Of a DNA stretch of 37,630 nucleotides, positions 18,314-26,930 are shown one piece after another (position 1 is the first letter of the stretch; every line of letters starts with the position of its first letter). Under the pieces are notes generated by a model that did no database searches, was not told the DNA's origin, and saw only the letters and a list, made by a program, of their open reading frames with translations. The translations under genes were made by a program, and so were the position numbers. Origin of the DNA: Candidatus Bathyarchaeota archaeon (GTDB lineage Archaea; Thermoproteota; Bathyarchaeia; TCS64); contig JBDRQD010000061.1 of the NCBI GenBank assembly GCA_043826455.1, positions 1-37,630 on the forward strand, read 5' to 3'.

Positions 18314-18532
18314 TTTACTATTGACTCGTCTACATGTAATTCTAGATGAATTCATTCAAGGCACTCAGTTTATGCACATATGTTGATAAATGTTGATAGT
18401 TTATTATACATCGAGCCTGAGATACACAAAAACAAACTAAAAACACAGAATAATAAAATCCTATATGAGAACATGCTGGCACACACTGAAATGTTTAGTA
18501 GTGGTGGGTTTGTGAAATGTATGTGAACTGTT

Positions 18533-19093
18533 ATGACTGAAACACGAGACCTTGAAATAGTAATACAAAACGTAGTAGCCTCGGCAACCCTCGACCAGAA
18601 ACTCAGCCTACTAGACATATTAAAAATCTTCAGAAACGTCGAGTACAACCCCAAACGGTTTCCCGGCCTCGTGTTCAGGCTCAAACGACCTAAAACAGCC
18701 ACCCTCATCTTCAGCACAGGCAAAATGGTGTGCACCGGAGCCAAGTCTGAGAAGATAGCCCGGAGCGCCGTTAAGAAGGTGGTGCGGGAGCTCAATAACA
18801 ACGGAATAATCATACTGGGTAAACCCAAGATAGTCATCCAGAACATAGTGGCCTCAGCCAACCTCCACGGCAAGATAGACCTGGAGACAGCCGCGGACAT
18901 CATGGAGAACGTGATGTACGAACCCGAACAGTTCCCCGGTTTGATCTACAGGATGAAGGACCCCAAGACAGTCCTGCTTTTATTCACTTCAGGTAAGATT
19001 GTATGTACCGGGGGTAAGAGCGAGAAGATCGTTCACGAATCCGTACACAAACTATACGAACTACTAAACGAATACGACCTATTGTACAAGTAA
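18533..19093 (+). CDS. tbp: TATA-box-binding protein
   Basis: Two repeats: IQNVVAS...YNPKRFPGLVFRL...IFSTGKMVCTGAKS and IQNIVAS...YEPEQFPGLIYRM...LFTSGKIVCTGGKS. Confidence 0.98.
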   Translation: MTETRDLEIVIQNVVASATLDQKLSLLDILKIFRNVEYNPKRFPGLVFRLKRPKTATLIFSTGKMVCTGAKSEKIARSAVKKVVRELNNNGIIILGKPKIVIQNIVASANLHGKIDLETAADIMENVMYEPEQFPGLIYRMKDPKTVLLLFTSGKIVCTGGKSEKIVHESVHKLYELLNEYDLLYK

Positions 19094-19169
19094 ACTGATT
19101 ATTGTGCGCGCGTGTACAATTGGTACCAATACCCTTCAGCCACAGTTCTCATATAACTGCTGTACCCCT

Positions 19170-19181
19170 CTTTAGCTAAAG
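19170..19181. promoter_or_regulatory. 12-bp palindrome CTTTAGCTAAAG upstream of the ipk promoter
   Basis: Perfect palindrome about 20 nt before the TATA-like AAAGTATAAG (19202..19211); same 10-bp core as the dispersed element. Confidence 0.45.
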
Positions 19182-19233
19182 GCCCTGCAAAGCCACTACA
19201 TAAAGTATAAGGTGTTTAACTTCAGGTGAGGTA

Positions 19234-20013
19234 ATGCGGATACTTAAGCTCGGGGGAAGCATCGTCACCGACAAGGACAAACCTTTCACCCCAAATACCC
19301 AAAACATTGAGAGGCTGGCCGCCGAGGTGGCGGCCTCCATGCCCACGCCCCTGGTGATAGTGCACGGTGGGGGCTCCTACGGGCACCCAGTAGCCAAACA
19401 GTACAATATAGGTGAGGGCTACAAGAGGCCGGACCAGCTGATGGGCTTCTCTAGGACCCACCAGGCAATGGTGCAGCTGAACAAGATAATAGTTGACGCC
19501 CTCCTTGACGCGGGAGTCCCGGCCTTCAGCCTCTCCCCGTCATCCTTCATTGTGACTGAGGCCAGGCGGATAACTAAGCTGGACACAGCAAAGATCAAGC
19601 GCTACCTCGGAGCAGGTATGGTCCCCGTGCTCTACGGCGACGCGGTGCTCGACACCCAGCAGGGCTTCGCCATCCTATCCGGGGACCAGCTCGTCATGCG
19701 GCTGGCCACGTCACTCAAAGCCGACAGGATAGTGCTCGGCTCAGACGTGGACGGCGTCTACACCGCGGATCCTAAACTGGTGAAGGAGGCGCGCCTCATC
19801 CCCAGGCTCAGCCTCAAGGAACTCGACGGCATGGTCAAGATAGGTGAGGCCCTGAACACCGACGTGACAGGAGGCATGCTGGGCAAGGTCAGGGAGGCCG
19901 CGGAGGCTATTGCAGCTGGGGTGGAGGTCATACTCGTCAACGCCGGCGAGGCGGGAAGGGTCGAGGCAGCCCTCAGCGGGGAAAAAGTAATGGGCACAGT
20001 GCTCACAAGGTGA
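19234..20013 (+). CDS. ipk: Isopentenyl phosphate kinase
   Basis: ILKLGGSIVTDK, IVHGGGSYGH, VPVLYGD, ILSGD, DVTGGMLGK; SD GGTGAGGT. Confidence 0.95.
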   Translation: MRILKLGGSIVTDKDKPFTPNTQNIERLAAEVAASMPTPLVIVHGGGSYGHPVAKQYNIGEGYKRPDQLMGFSRTHQAMVQLNKIIVDALLDAGVPAFSLSPSSFIVTEARRITKLDTAKIKRYLGAGMVPVLYGDAVLDTQQGFAILSGDQLVMRLATSLKADRIVLGSDVDGVYTADPKLVKEARLIPRLSLKELDGMVKIGEALNTDVTGGMLGKVREAAEAIAAGVEVILVNAGEAGRVEAALSGEKVMGTVLTR

Positions 20014-20017
20014 ATAC

Positions 20018-21106
20018 ATGAGCGGCATAGAGACCAGGAAGATGAGGCACATACGTGTAAGCCTTGAGGAGGACGTGGAGGGCGATATCGGCACAGGCCT
20101 CCAGGACGTTAGGCTCATCCACAGGGCTCTGCCGGAGATAGACCTGGACGACGTATCCACCGGGGCCACCCTGTTCGGTAAGAAGCTCAAGGCGCCGCTC
20201 ATAATAAGCGCCATAACCGGAGGAACCGAGGAGGCAAAAAAGATCAATGAGACCCTCGCCCGCGTAGCCGAGGAGAAAAGCGTAGGCATAGGCGTGGGGA
20301 GCCAGAGGATAGCGGTGGAGCAGCCCGAGACAGAGCACACCTTCCGGGTGGTGCGTGATCTTGCGCCCACCACCTTCGTGATGGGTAACATGGGCTGCCC
20401 CCAGCTCAGCCTAGGATGGGGCGTGGATGAGGCCAGAAGATGCGTGGAGATGGTGGACGCGGACGCCCTGGCCCTCCACATGAACCCCCTGCAGGAGGCG
20501 GTTCAGCTGGGCGGAGACACCAACTACCACGGCATCTTAAACAAGGTCGAGGAGATAACCAAAGCCCTTCCAGTCCCCGTCGTCATGAAGGAGACGGGCT
20601 GCGGCGTCTCATACGAGGACGCGGTGAGGATGGAGGCCGCCGGAGTCAAGGGTGTGGAGGTAAGCGGCGTGGGCGGAACCAGCTGGTCAGCCGTGGAGTA
20701 CCACATAGCCAGGGAGGCGGGCAAGAAGAACCAGGAGTACCTGGGCCGAGCCCTATGGAACTGGGGCATCCCCACCGCCGTCAGCGTCGCGGAGACCAGC
20801 AGTAGAACAGGTCTAACCATCATTGCCTCAGGGGGCATCAGGACCGGGGCAGAGATAGCCAAGTCCATCAGCCTGGGCGCCGACGCCGCAGGGATCGCCA
20901 AGCCATTCCTGGAGAAGGCCGTGGAGGGATACGACGCCCTCAGCCAGCACGTGGACCACATCATACAGGAGCTGAAAGTAGTCATGTTCCTAGTGGGGGC
21001 CCGGAACCTGGAGGAACTGAAACATGTACCAGTACTCATCCTTGGCCGGACAGCCGAGTGGCTCAGGCTCCGAGGCATCAACGTCGAAGACTACGCCAGT
21101 AGATAA
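20018..21106 (+). CDS. fni: Type 2 isopentenyl-diphosphate isomerase
   Basis: RKMRH, HRALPE, AITGG, GVGSQR, HMNPLQE, KETGCG, GGTSW, WGIPT, ASGGIRTG. Confidence 0.96.
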   Translation: MSGIETRKMRHIRVSLEEDVEGDIGTGLQDVRLIHRALPEIDLDDVSTGATLFGKKLKAPLIISAITGGTEEAKKINETLARVAEEKSVGIGVGSQRIAVEQPETEHTFRVVRDLAPTTFVMGNMGCPQLSLGWGVDEARRCVEMVDADALALHMNPLQEAVQLGGDTNYHGILNKVEEITKALPVPVVMKETGCGVSYEDAVRMEAAGVKGVEVSGVGGTSWSAVEYHIAREAGKKNQEYLGRALWNWGIPTAVSVAETSSRTGLTIIASGGIRTGAEIAKSISLGADAAGIAKPFLEKAVEGYDALSQHVDHIIQELKVVMFLVGARNLEELKHVPVLILGRTAEWLRLRGINVEDYASR

Positions 21107-21157
21107 ACAAACTTTTATCAACCCTGCCATCGGTCTTTCAGTGAAACGGGGATCAGT

Positions 21158-22162
21158 TTGCAGTGGGAGCAGGAGATCAAGAGGCAGCTGGCGGAGAACG
21201 CCAAGACCATAGACAGGTTCATCTACGACGAGGTCCAGGGAAGCAGACCCGAGGTCCTCTACGAGGCCTCTAGGCACCTCATCAAGGCCGGCGGTAAACG
21301 CCTCAGGCCCTACCTCACGGTGAAGGCCTGCGAGGCCGTCGGAGGAAGCCCCGAGGACGCCGTACCCTACGCGGCCGCCCTCGAGATACTGCACAACTTC
21401 ACCCTGGTCCACGACGACGTCATGGACCACGACGCCTTCAGGCGGGGCCACCCCACAGTCCACAAGGAGTACGGCGTACCCATGGCCATTTTAGCGGGAG
21501 ACCTCCTGTTCGCAAAGGTCTACGACATCATAGTCAAACACGCCCCTAGCGGAGTCCGCCCCACCGACGTAGTGAGATGCATCAGGAAGACCACGAACGC
21601 CACACTCACCCTCTGCCAGGGCCAGGCCCTGGACATGATCTTTCCCGGCGCTGAGGACATCTCTGAGGACGACTACATCTTCATGGTGGGCGCCAAGACC
21701 AGCGCCCTCTTCAAGGCATGCGCCGAGGTGGGCGCGATAGCGGGAGGAGCCTCAGACGAGCAGGTGGAGGCCCTGGGTAGGTTCGCGTGGGACGCGGGGA
21801 TCGCCTTCCAGATAGTGGATGACGTCCTGGGGCTGACCGCCGACGAGAAGACGCTGGGGAAACCCGTGGGCAGCGACGTGCGGGAGGGAAAGAAGACCCT
21901 CATCGTGATACACGCCCTACGCCACGCGGACAAGGAGCAAAGGAAGATGCTTATGAACGCCCTAGGGAAAGAAGAGGCCAGCGAAAAGGCCGTCAAGGAA
22001 GCTGTGGAAGCCCTTCACGCATCGGGTTCCATCATTTACGCCAAGGATAAAGCCATAGAGTACGAGGACCGCGCCCTCAAAGAACTTGACAGGCTACCCG
22101 ACTCCGAGGCCAGGCGCCACCTAAAAGCCCTCGTGGAGTATTTCGTCCACAGGGAGTACTAG
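21158..22162 (+). CDS. idsA: Geranylgeranyl diphosphate synthase (polyprenyl synthetase)
   Basis: GGKRLRP, HNFTLVHDDVMD..RRG, GQALD, FQIVDDVLG, GKPVGSDVREGKKT. Confidence 0.94.
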   Translation: MQWEQEIKRQLAENAKTIDRFIYDEVQGSRPEVLYEASRHLIKAGGKRLRPYLTVKACEAVGGSPEDAVPYAAALEILHNFTLVHDDVMDHDAFRRGHPTVHKEYGVPMAILAGDLLFAKVYDIIVKHAPSGVRPTDVVRCIRKTTNATLTLCQGQALDMIFPGAEDISEDDYIFMVGAKTSALFKACAEVGAIAGGASDEQVEALGRFAWDAGIAFQIVDDVLGLTADEKTLGKPVGSDVREGKKTLIVIHALRHADKEQRKMLMNALGKEEASEKAVKEAVEALHASGSIIYAKDKAIEYEDRALKELDRLPDSEARRHLKALVEYFVHREY

Positions 22163-22208
22163 GGAAACGAATAAATGACCTCCCCCTCTTCATTTCACGG
22201 GACGAGAA

Positions 22209-23945
22209 GTGTCCACGAGCAACGACGATATTAAGACCGCTGCCACCAAGTACGCGGCTCTCAACGCCTCCCAGTTCGATGGAAAGGCCCAGCCAGGCTC
22301 CGTCATCGGCAAGATGATGGCCGAGTTTCCGGAGCTCAAGCAGAGGGTGAAGGAGATAGTGCCCACCATCCAGCAGGCCATAAAAGAGGTTAACTCGTGG
22401 ACACAGGAGCAGCAGCAGGCCTTCATAGAGGACAACTACCCGGAGCTTCTGGAGCGCAAAAAAGTGGAGGAAGAGGAGAAGAAACTGCCGCCCCTAGAGA
22501 ACGTGGACGATTGGCCCATGGTGAAGACCAGGTTCGCCCCCAACCCCGACGGCGCCCTCCACCTGGGCTCAGCGGAGCCTATAATCTTCTGCGACGAGTA
22601 CGCCAAGATGTACGGCGGCCACTTCATCCTCAGGTACGAGGACACAAGCGCCGAGGTGAAGCCCCCTATCCCTGAGATGTACGACGCCATCGTCGAGGAC
22701 CTGCTGTGGCTGGGCGTCAAGATAGACGAGAAGTACATTCAGAGCGAGAGACTGGAGACCTACTACGAGTACGCTGAGAAGCTCCTGGCCATGGGCCAAG
22801 CCTACGTCTGCACATGCGAGGTCGAGACATTCAAGAAACTGTACATGGCGTCCAAGCCCTGCCCCTGCAGGGATCTACCACCAGACGAGCAGCTCCGGCG
22901 CTGGAGGATGATGTTGAACGGTGGTTACCAGAAAGGCGACGCGGTGGTGAGAGTCAAGACCGACCTGGACCACCCCAACCCGGCCGTCAGAGACTGGCCC
23001 GCCCTCCGCATAAGCGAGGAGCCCCACCCCCTGCAAGGATCAAAGTACCGTGTTTGGCCACTCTATAACTTCAGCTGCGGCCTCGACGACCACCTCATGG
23101 GCATCAGCCACATCATCCGCGGTAAAGAGCACGACGTGAACTCCATCCGCCAACAGTGGCTCCAGAGGCACTTCGGTTGGAGGAGCCCGGAGGTCATCAA
23201 CGTGGGCCGCCTCGGTCTGGAGGTGGGCATCCTCAGCAAGTCCAAGATGAGGCGCGGCATAGAGGACGGCACCTACACGGGGTGGGACGACCCCCGAATG
23301 GGAACCCTGAGAGCCCTGAGGAGAAGAGGCCTGCAGCCCGAGGCCATAAGAGCCATAATGATACATGTGGGCCCCAAACCAGTGAACGTGACCATAAGCT
23401 GGGACAACGTAGCGGCCGAGAACAGGAAGCTCATAGAGCCCACAGCGGACAGGTTCTTCTTCGTCAAGGACCCCGTAGAGCTGAAGGTGGCCGGAGTCCC
23501 AGAGCAGCACGTAGCCAAGCTTCCACTCCACCCGGACCACCCCGAGAGAGGAACACGGGACTATACCATATCGCCTGTAGACGGCGGATTCAGCTTCATG
23601 ATCTCAGGTGACGACCTTGAGAAGACGCCCCAAGGAGGTTTAGTTCGCCTCATGGGCGCCATGAACGTCGAGGTTGTGTCATTTTCCGATGAATTGGTCG
23701 AGGCCAAGTACCACTCCAGGGATTACCAGGTGGCCAGGGGAGCTGACGCTCCCTTCATCCACTGGCTGCCGAAGGGCAGAGGCGCTGAAGGAAAGGTAAT
23801 AATGCCTGACGCATCCGTCGCACGGGGCCTAGTGGAGGAGAGGTGCCTAAAGCTTGCGGCTGACGAGATGATCCAGTTTGAGCGTTTCGGTTTCTGCCGC
23901 GTGGACTCGGCTGATCCCTTCATCGCCTACTACACTCACAAGTAG
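22209..23945 (+). CDS. gltX: Glutamate--tRNA ligase (archaeal type)
   Basis: RFAPNPDGALHLG, LRYEDT, WPLYNF, IIRGKEH, LSKS, GWDDPR, QFERFGF. Confidence 0.96.
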   Translation: MSTSNDDIKTAATKYAALNASQFDGKAQPGSVIGKMMAEFPELKQRVKEIVPTIQQAIKEVNSWTQEQQQAFIEDNYPELLERKKVEEEEKKLPPLENVDDWPMVKTRFAPNPDGALHLGSAEPIIFCDEYAKMYGGHFILRYEDTSAEVKPPIPEMYDAIVEDLLWLGVKIDEKYIQSERLETYYEYAEKLLAMGQAYVCTCEVETFKKLYMASKPCPCRDLPPDEQLRRWRMMLNGGYQKGDAVVRVKTDLDHPNPAVRDWPALRISEEPHPLQGSKYRVWPLYNFSCGLDDHLMGISHIIRGKEHDVNSIRQQWLQRHFGWRSPEVINVGRLGLEVGILSKSKMRRGIEDGTYTGWDDPRMGTLRALRRRGLQPEAIRAIMIHVGPKPVNVTISWDNVAAENRKLIEPTADRFFFVKDPVELKVAGVPEQHVAKLPLHPDHPERGTRDYTISPVDGGFSFMISGDDLEKTPQGGLVRLMGAMNVEVVSFSDELVEAKYHSRDYQVARGADAPFIHWLPKGRGAEGKVIMPDASVARGLVEERCLKLAADEMIQFERFGFCRVDSADPFIAYYTHK

Positions 23946-24023
23946 ATTCACATATTTTTGTTAACAGGCGGAACGTTTAAGAAGGAACGAGATTGTATGG
24001 GTATGTACCTTGAGGGAAATGAT

Positions 24024-24413
24024 ATGTCAAGAAACGTAGATCCTTCGAAGCCCTTCTACGTAAGGTTCGAAGTACCTAAAGAGGTCGCGAACGCGGCTTA
24101 CGAAGCACTCAAGACAGCATCAGAGACAGGAAAGATCAGGAAAGGCACCAACGAGGCAACCAAAAGCATCGAGAGGGGCAAAGCCAAGCTCGTGCTCATA
24201 GCCGAGAACGTTCAGCCGCCGGAGATAGTGGCCCACCTGCCGCTCCTATGTGAGGAGAGGAAGGCGCCATACGTCTACGTGCCGGACAAGAACAAGATCG
24301 GTGAAGCCCTTGGGATCACTGTGAGCTCAGCCGCTGCAGCCATCGAGGATTGCGGCGAAGCCGAGAGCCTTGTCGCAGAGATCGTGAAGAAAGTCCAGGA
24401 ACTAGTGAAGTAG
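24024..24413 (+). CDS. rpl7ae: 50S ribosomal protein L7Ae (eL8)
   Basis: [36 protein letters not shown]; start moved to ATG 24024 after GAGGG. Confidence 0.96.
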   Translation: MSRNVDPSKPFYVRFEVPKEVANAAYEALKTASETGKIRKGTNEATKSIERGKAKLVLIAENVQPPEIVAHLPLLCEERKAPYVYVPDKNKIGEALGITVSSAAAAIEDCGEAESLVAEIVKKVQELVK

Positions 24414-24414
24414 C

Positions 24415-24627
24415 ATGAGCCAAGATTCTGACATGCTTACACCCGCCACAGTCATCCAGATCCTTGGAAGGACAGGGCTGACGGGCGAAGTTATGCAGGT
24501 AAGGGTCAGGATTGAGGAAGGCAGAGACAAGGGGCGCATCATCACCCGCAACGTCAAGGGTCCAGTGAGGATCGATGACATACTGCTTCTGCGCGAAACA
24601 GAGCGCGAGGCCAGGAAGATCCGGTAG
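24415..24627 (+). CDS. rps28e: 30S ribosomal protein eS28
   Basis: [28 protein letters not shown]. Confidence 0.97.
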   Translation: MSQDSDMLTPATVIQILGRTGLTGEVMQVRVRIEEGRDKGRIITRNVKGPVRIDDILLLRETEREARKIR

Positions 24628-24633
24628 GTGACC

Positions 24634-24825
24634 ATGATGCCCCAGATCTACAAGTGCAGCTTCTGCGGAAAGGAGATAGCCCCAGGCACAGGGATGGGTT
24701 TCGTCAGGAGAGACGGAAGAGTCCTAAGATTCTGCAGTGCAAAGTGCAGGAAGAGCACACTCAACATGCGCCGTGATCCACGGAAGTTCAAGTGGACCGA
24801 GGCCTGGAAGCTCAAGCAGCGATAA
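24634..24825 (+). CDS. rpl24e: 50S ribosomal protein eL24
   Basis: [13 protein letters not shown]...FCSAKC...RDPRKFKWT; start 24634 or 24637. Confidence 0.96.
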   Translation: MMPQIYKCSFCGKEIAPGTGMGFVRRDGRVLRFCSAKCRKSTLNMRRDPRKFKWTEAWKLKQR

Positions 24826-24966
24826 TCCTGTTTCAGAAATCCATTTATATTCTTTTAAGTTATTCAAAAATGAATAAACATTTTATTGGATAAATAATTT
24901 AAGAATTAAGTTACAAGTGAGGATAACGCATATATTCCTACAGATCCAGTATCATCTGGGGGTAAC

Positions 24967-25242
24967 TTGTCAATAAGTATCCCGTCGGAGCTTCAAAAGT
25001 TTGTGGTCCTCACACAGTCGGAGGACTACATCGACCGGTTCAAGTGCCCCGTACCAGGGTGCGACTACACCACGCGCCTCGGCCCAGGCGCCCTCAGGAT
25101 GCATATGATCCTCAAGGCTGATCCCAACGTACCCACAAGGCACGATCCGCAGCACGAGGAGTACTTTAAACAGAACGTGATTCTTGACAAGGAGCAGGTC
25201 AAGATACTTGGGGACTATCCCCGGAAGGAACTAGGAACGTAA
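24967..25242 (+). CDS. Hypothetical C2H2-like zinc-finger protein
   Basis: FKCPVPGCDY...ALRMH...H...H; own AT-rich upstream region and T7 tract at 25261..25267. Confidence 0.75.
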   Translation: MSISIPSELQKFVVLTQSEDYIDRFKCPVPGCDYTTRLGPGALRMHMILKADPNVPTRHDPQHEEYFKQNVILDKEQVKILGDYPRKELGT

Positions 25243-25307
25243 CCGGTGAGACATCACCTCTTTTTTTAACCGTTAAACCCTTATCGCTGCTTGCCTATCC
25301 CTTGCAC

Positions 25308-25805
25308 ATGCACCAGGAGACCCTAGTAATTCTCAAGCCTGACGCCTTGGAGCGTAACCTGATCGGGACGATAATAAAGTACTATGAGGACGCGGGCCTC
25401 CGGGTTCAGGACATGAGATACTATAGAAGGATCGATAAGGGCCTTCTGAGGGAGCATTACCCGGACACGATGGCTCTCTCGGTTGGCCTCAAGGCTCAGA
25501 GGGCTGTGCCCACTATCAAGGACCCTGAGGCCCACGGTGTGAAGGTTCTGAGGAACCTCCGGAAATACTTCAGCAGAGGCCCCGTCCTAGCCATTAAGGT
25601 AGGTGGCGAGGACGCTATAAGTGAGGTGCGGAGGGTGACAGGGTACACTGACCCAGCTACCGCCGAGAAGGGGACGATAAGAGGCGACCTCGGATTTGAC
25701 AGCATAGAGAAGAGCACCGAGGAGGGACGAGCTGTGGAGAACCTGGTTCACGCCTCAGGTAACCATGAGGAGGCCGAGGCTGAGCTCAGGCTCTGGCTAT
25801 CCTAG
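25308..25805 (+). CDS. ndk: Nucleoside-diphosphate kinase
   Basis: TLVILKPDA, GTIRGD, NLVHASG (catalytic His). Confidence 0.93.
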   Translation: MHQETLVILKPDALERNLIGTIIKYYEDAGLRVQDMRYYRRIDKGLLREHYPDTMALSVGLKAQRAVPTIKDPEAHGVKVLRNLRKYFSRGPVLAIKVGGEDAISEVRRVTGYTDPATAEKGTIRGDLGFDSIEKSTEEGRAVENLVHASGNHEEAEAELRLWLS

Positions 25806-26872
25806 CGCTCCACTTTTCCTGCGATGAAGTCCTCGACCCACTGGTGGGCCTGGTCGTCCGGGACCTGCTTGGGCGGGTGCTTGAAGCTGTAGCTGCTTAT
25901 GCCTGTCAGTGGCCCAGACACGTCTCGGTCCAGGGCGATCTTAACGGCACGAATAGCGTCAATGACCACGCCTGCGCTGTTGGGGCTGTCGTTGACCACC
26001 AGCTTGGCGTCTAGGGTGATTGGTAGGTTGCCGAAGCTGTGGCTGTTGATCCGTATGTAGCATATCTTGTGGTCCCCTAGGAAGGGCACGTAGTCGCTGG
26101 GGCCGATCCTGGTGGGCACCTCGTAGGGTATGAGGCTCTGCACGGCCTCAGTCTTGCTCACACGCTTGGTTCTAAGCCTGCTCTCCACGGTCATGTTCTC
26201 GAAGTCCGTGTTACCGCCAATGTTTAGCTGGTACGTGCTGTCCAGAACCACGCCTCTGTCATAGAAGAGTCTAGCCATCACCCTGTGGAGTATAGTAGCT
26301 CCCACCTGGCTCTTTATGTCGTCCCCCGCGACCGGCAGACCGGCGTCTGTGAACTTTTTGGCCCACACGGGCTCGGATGCGATGAACTCCGGTATGCAGT
26401 TCACGAAGGCGCAGCCCGCGTCGAGGCAGGCCTGGGCGTAGTGCTCAGTGGCTTTGGCGCTGCCCACGGGGAGGTAGTTGATAAGCATGTCCGCCTTGGT
26501 CTCCCGGAGTACCTCGGTCACATCCACGGGCTTTATTGACTTGTCCGCGTGGAAGCTCTCGAACATGTGGGGCGCGACGCCGTCAAGGAGGGGGCTTGCT
26601 TGGACAAGCACTCCGGTCTCTGGGACGGCCGAGAACTTGGCGCAGTTGTTCGGGTGCGCCCAGATGGCTTCACTCAGGTCCTTACCTATCTTGAGCTTGT
26701 TAACGTCGAAGGCCGCCACGAACTCTATGTCCCTTATGTGGTAGTCCCCGAAGTAGGCGTGCATCACGCCCGGGATCGTCTCGTCACGTTTAGCGTCCTT
26801 GTAGTACTCGACGCCCTGGATCAGGGCGGATGCGCAGTTACCCACGCCAGCGATGGCTACCCGTATCCCCAT
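25802..26872 (-). CDS. ino1: Myo-inositol-1-phosphate synthase
   Basis: GVGNCAS, NYLPVGS, GDDIKSQVGAT, QLNIGGNTDF, DSPNSAG, FKHPP. Confidence 0.96.
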   Translation of the reverse strand: MGIRVAIAGVGNCASALIQGVEYYKDAKRDETIPGVMHAYFGDYHIRDIEFVAAFDVNKLKIGKDLSEAIWAHPNNCAKFSAVPETGVLVQASPLLDGVAPHMFESFHADKSIKPVDVTEVLRETKADMLINYLPVGSAKATEHYAQACLDAGCAFVNCIPEFIASEPVWAKKFTDAGLPVAGDDIKSQVGATILHRVMARLFYDRGVVLDSTYQLNIGGNTDFENMTVESRLRTKRVSKTEAVQSLIPYEVPTRIGPSDYVPFLGDHKICYIRINSHSFGNLPITLDAKLVVNDSPNSAGVVIDAIRAVKIALDRDVSGPLTGISSYSFKHPPKQVPDDQAHQWVEDFIAGKVER

Positions 26873-26930
26873 GCTATCAGGCTTCCCGATAGGAGACGTA
26901 TCGCCGGGATAGCCCTTTAAGAGTTTCTCA

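Noticed and set aside
17558..18532. Replication origin hypothesis for the AT-rich spacer
   Set aside because: No repeated ORB-like elements recognised and no cdc6/orc1 gene in the window
18370..18903. 177-aa antisense ORF over tbp
   Set aside because: Shadow of tbp without recognisable features
23958..24023. N-terminal extension of L7Ae in the ORF track
   Set aside because: Overlaps the promoter and leader; SD-like GAGGG precedes ATG 24024
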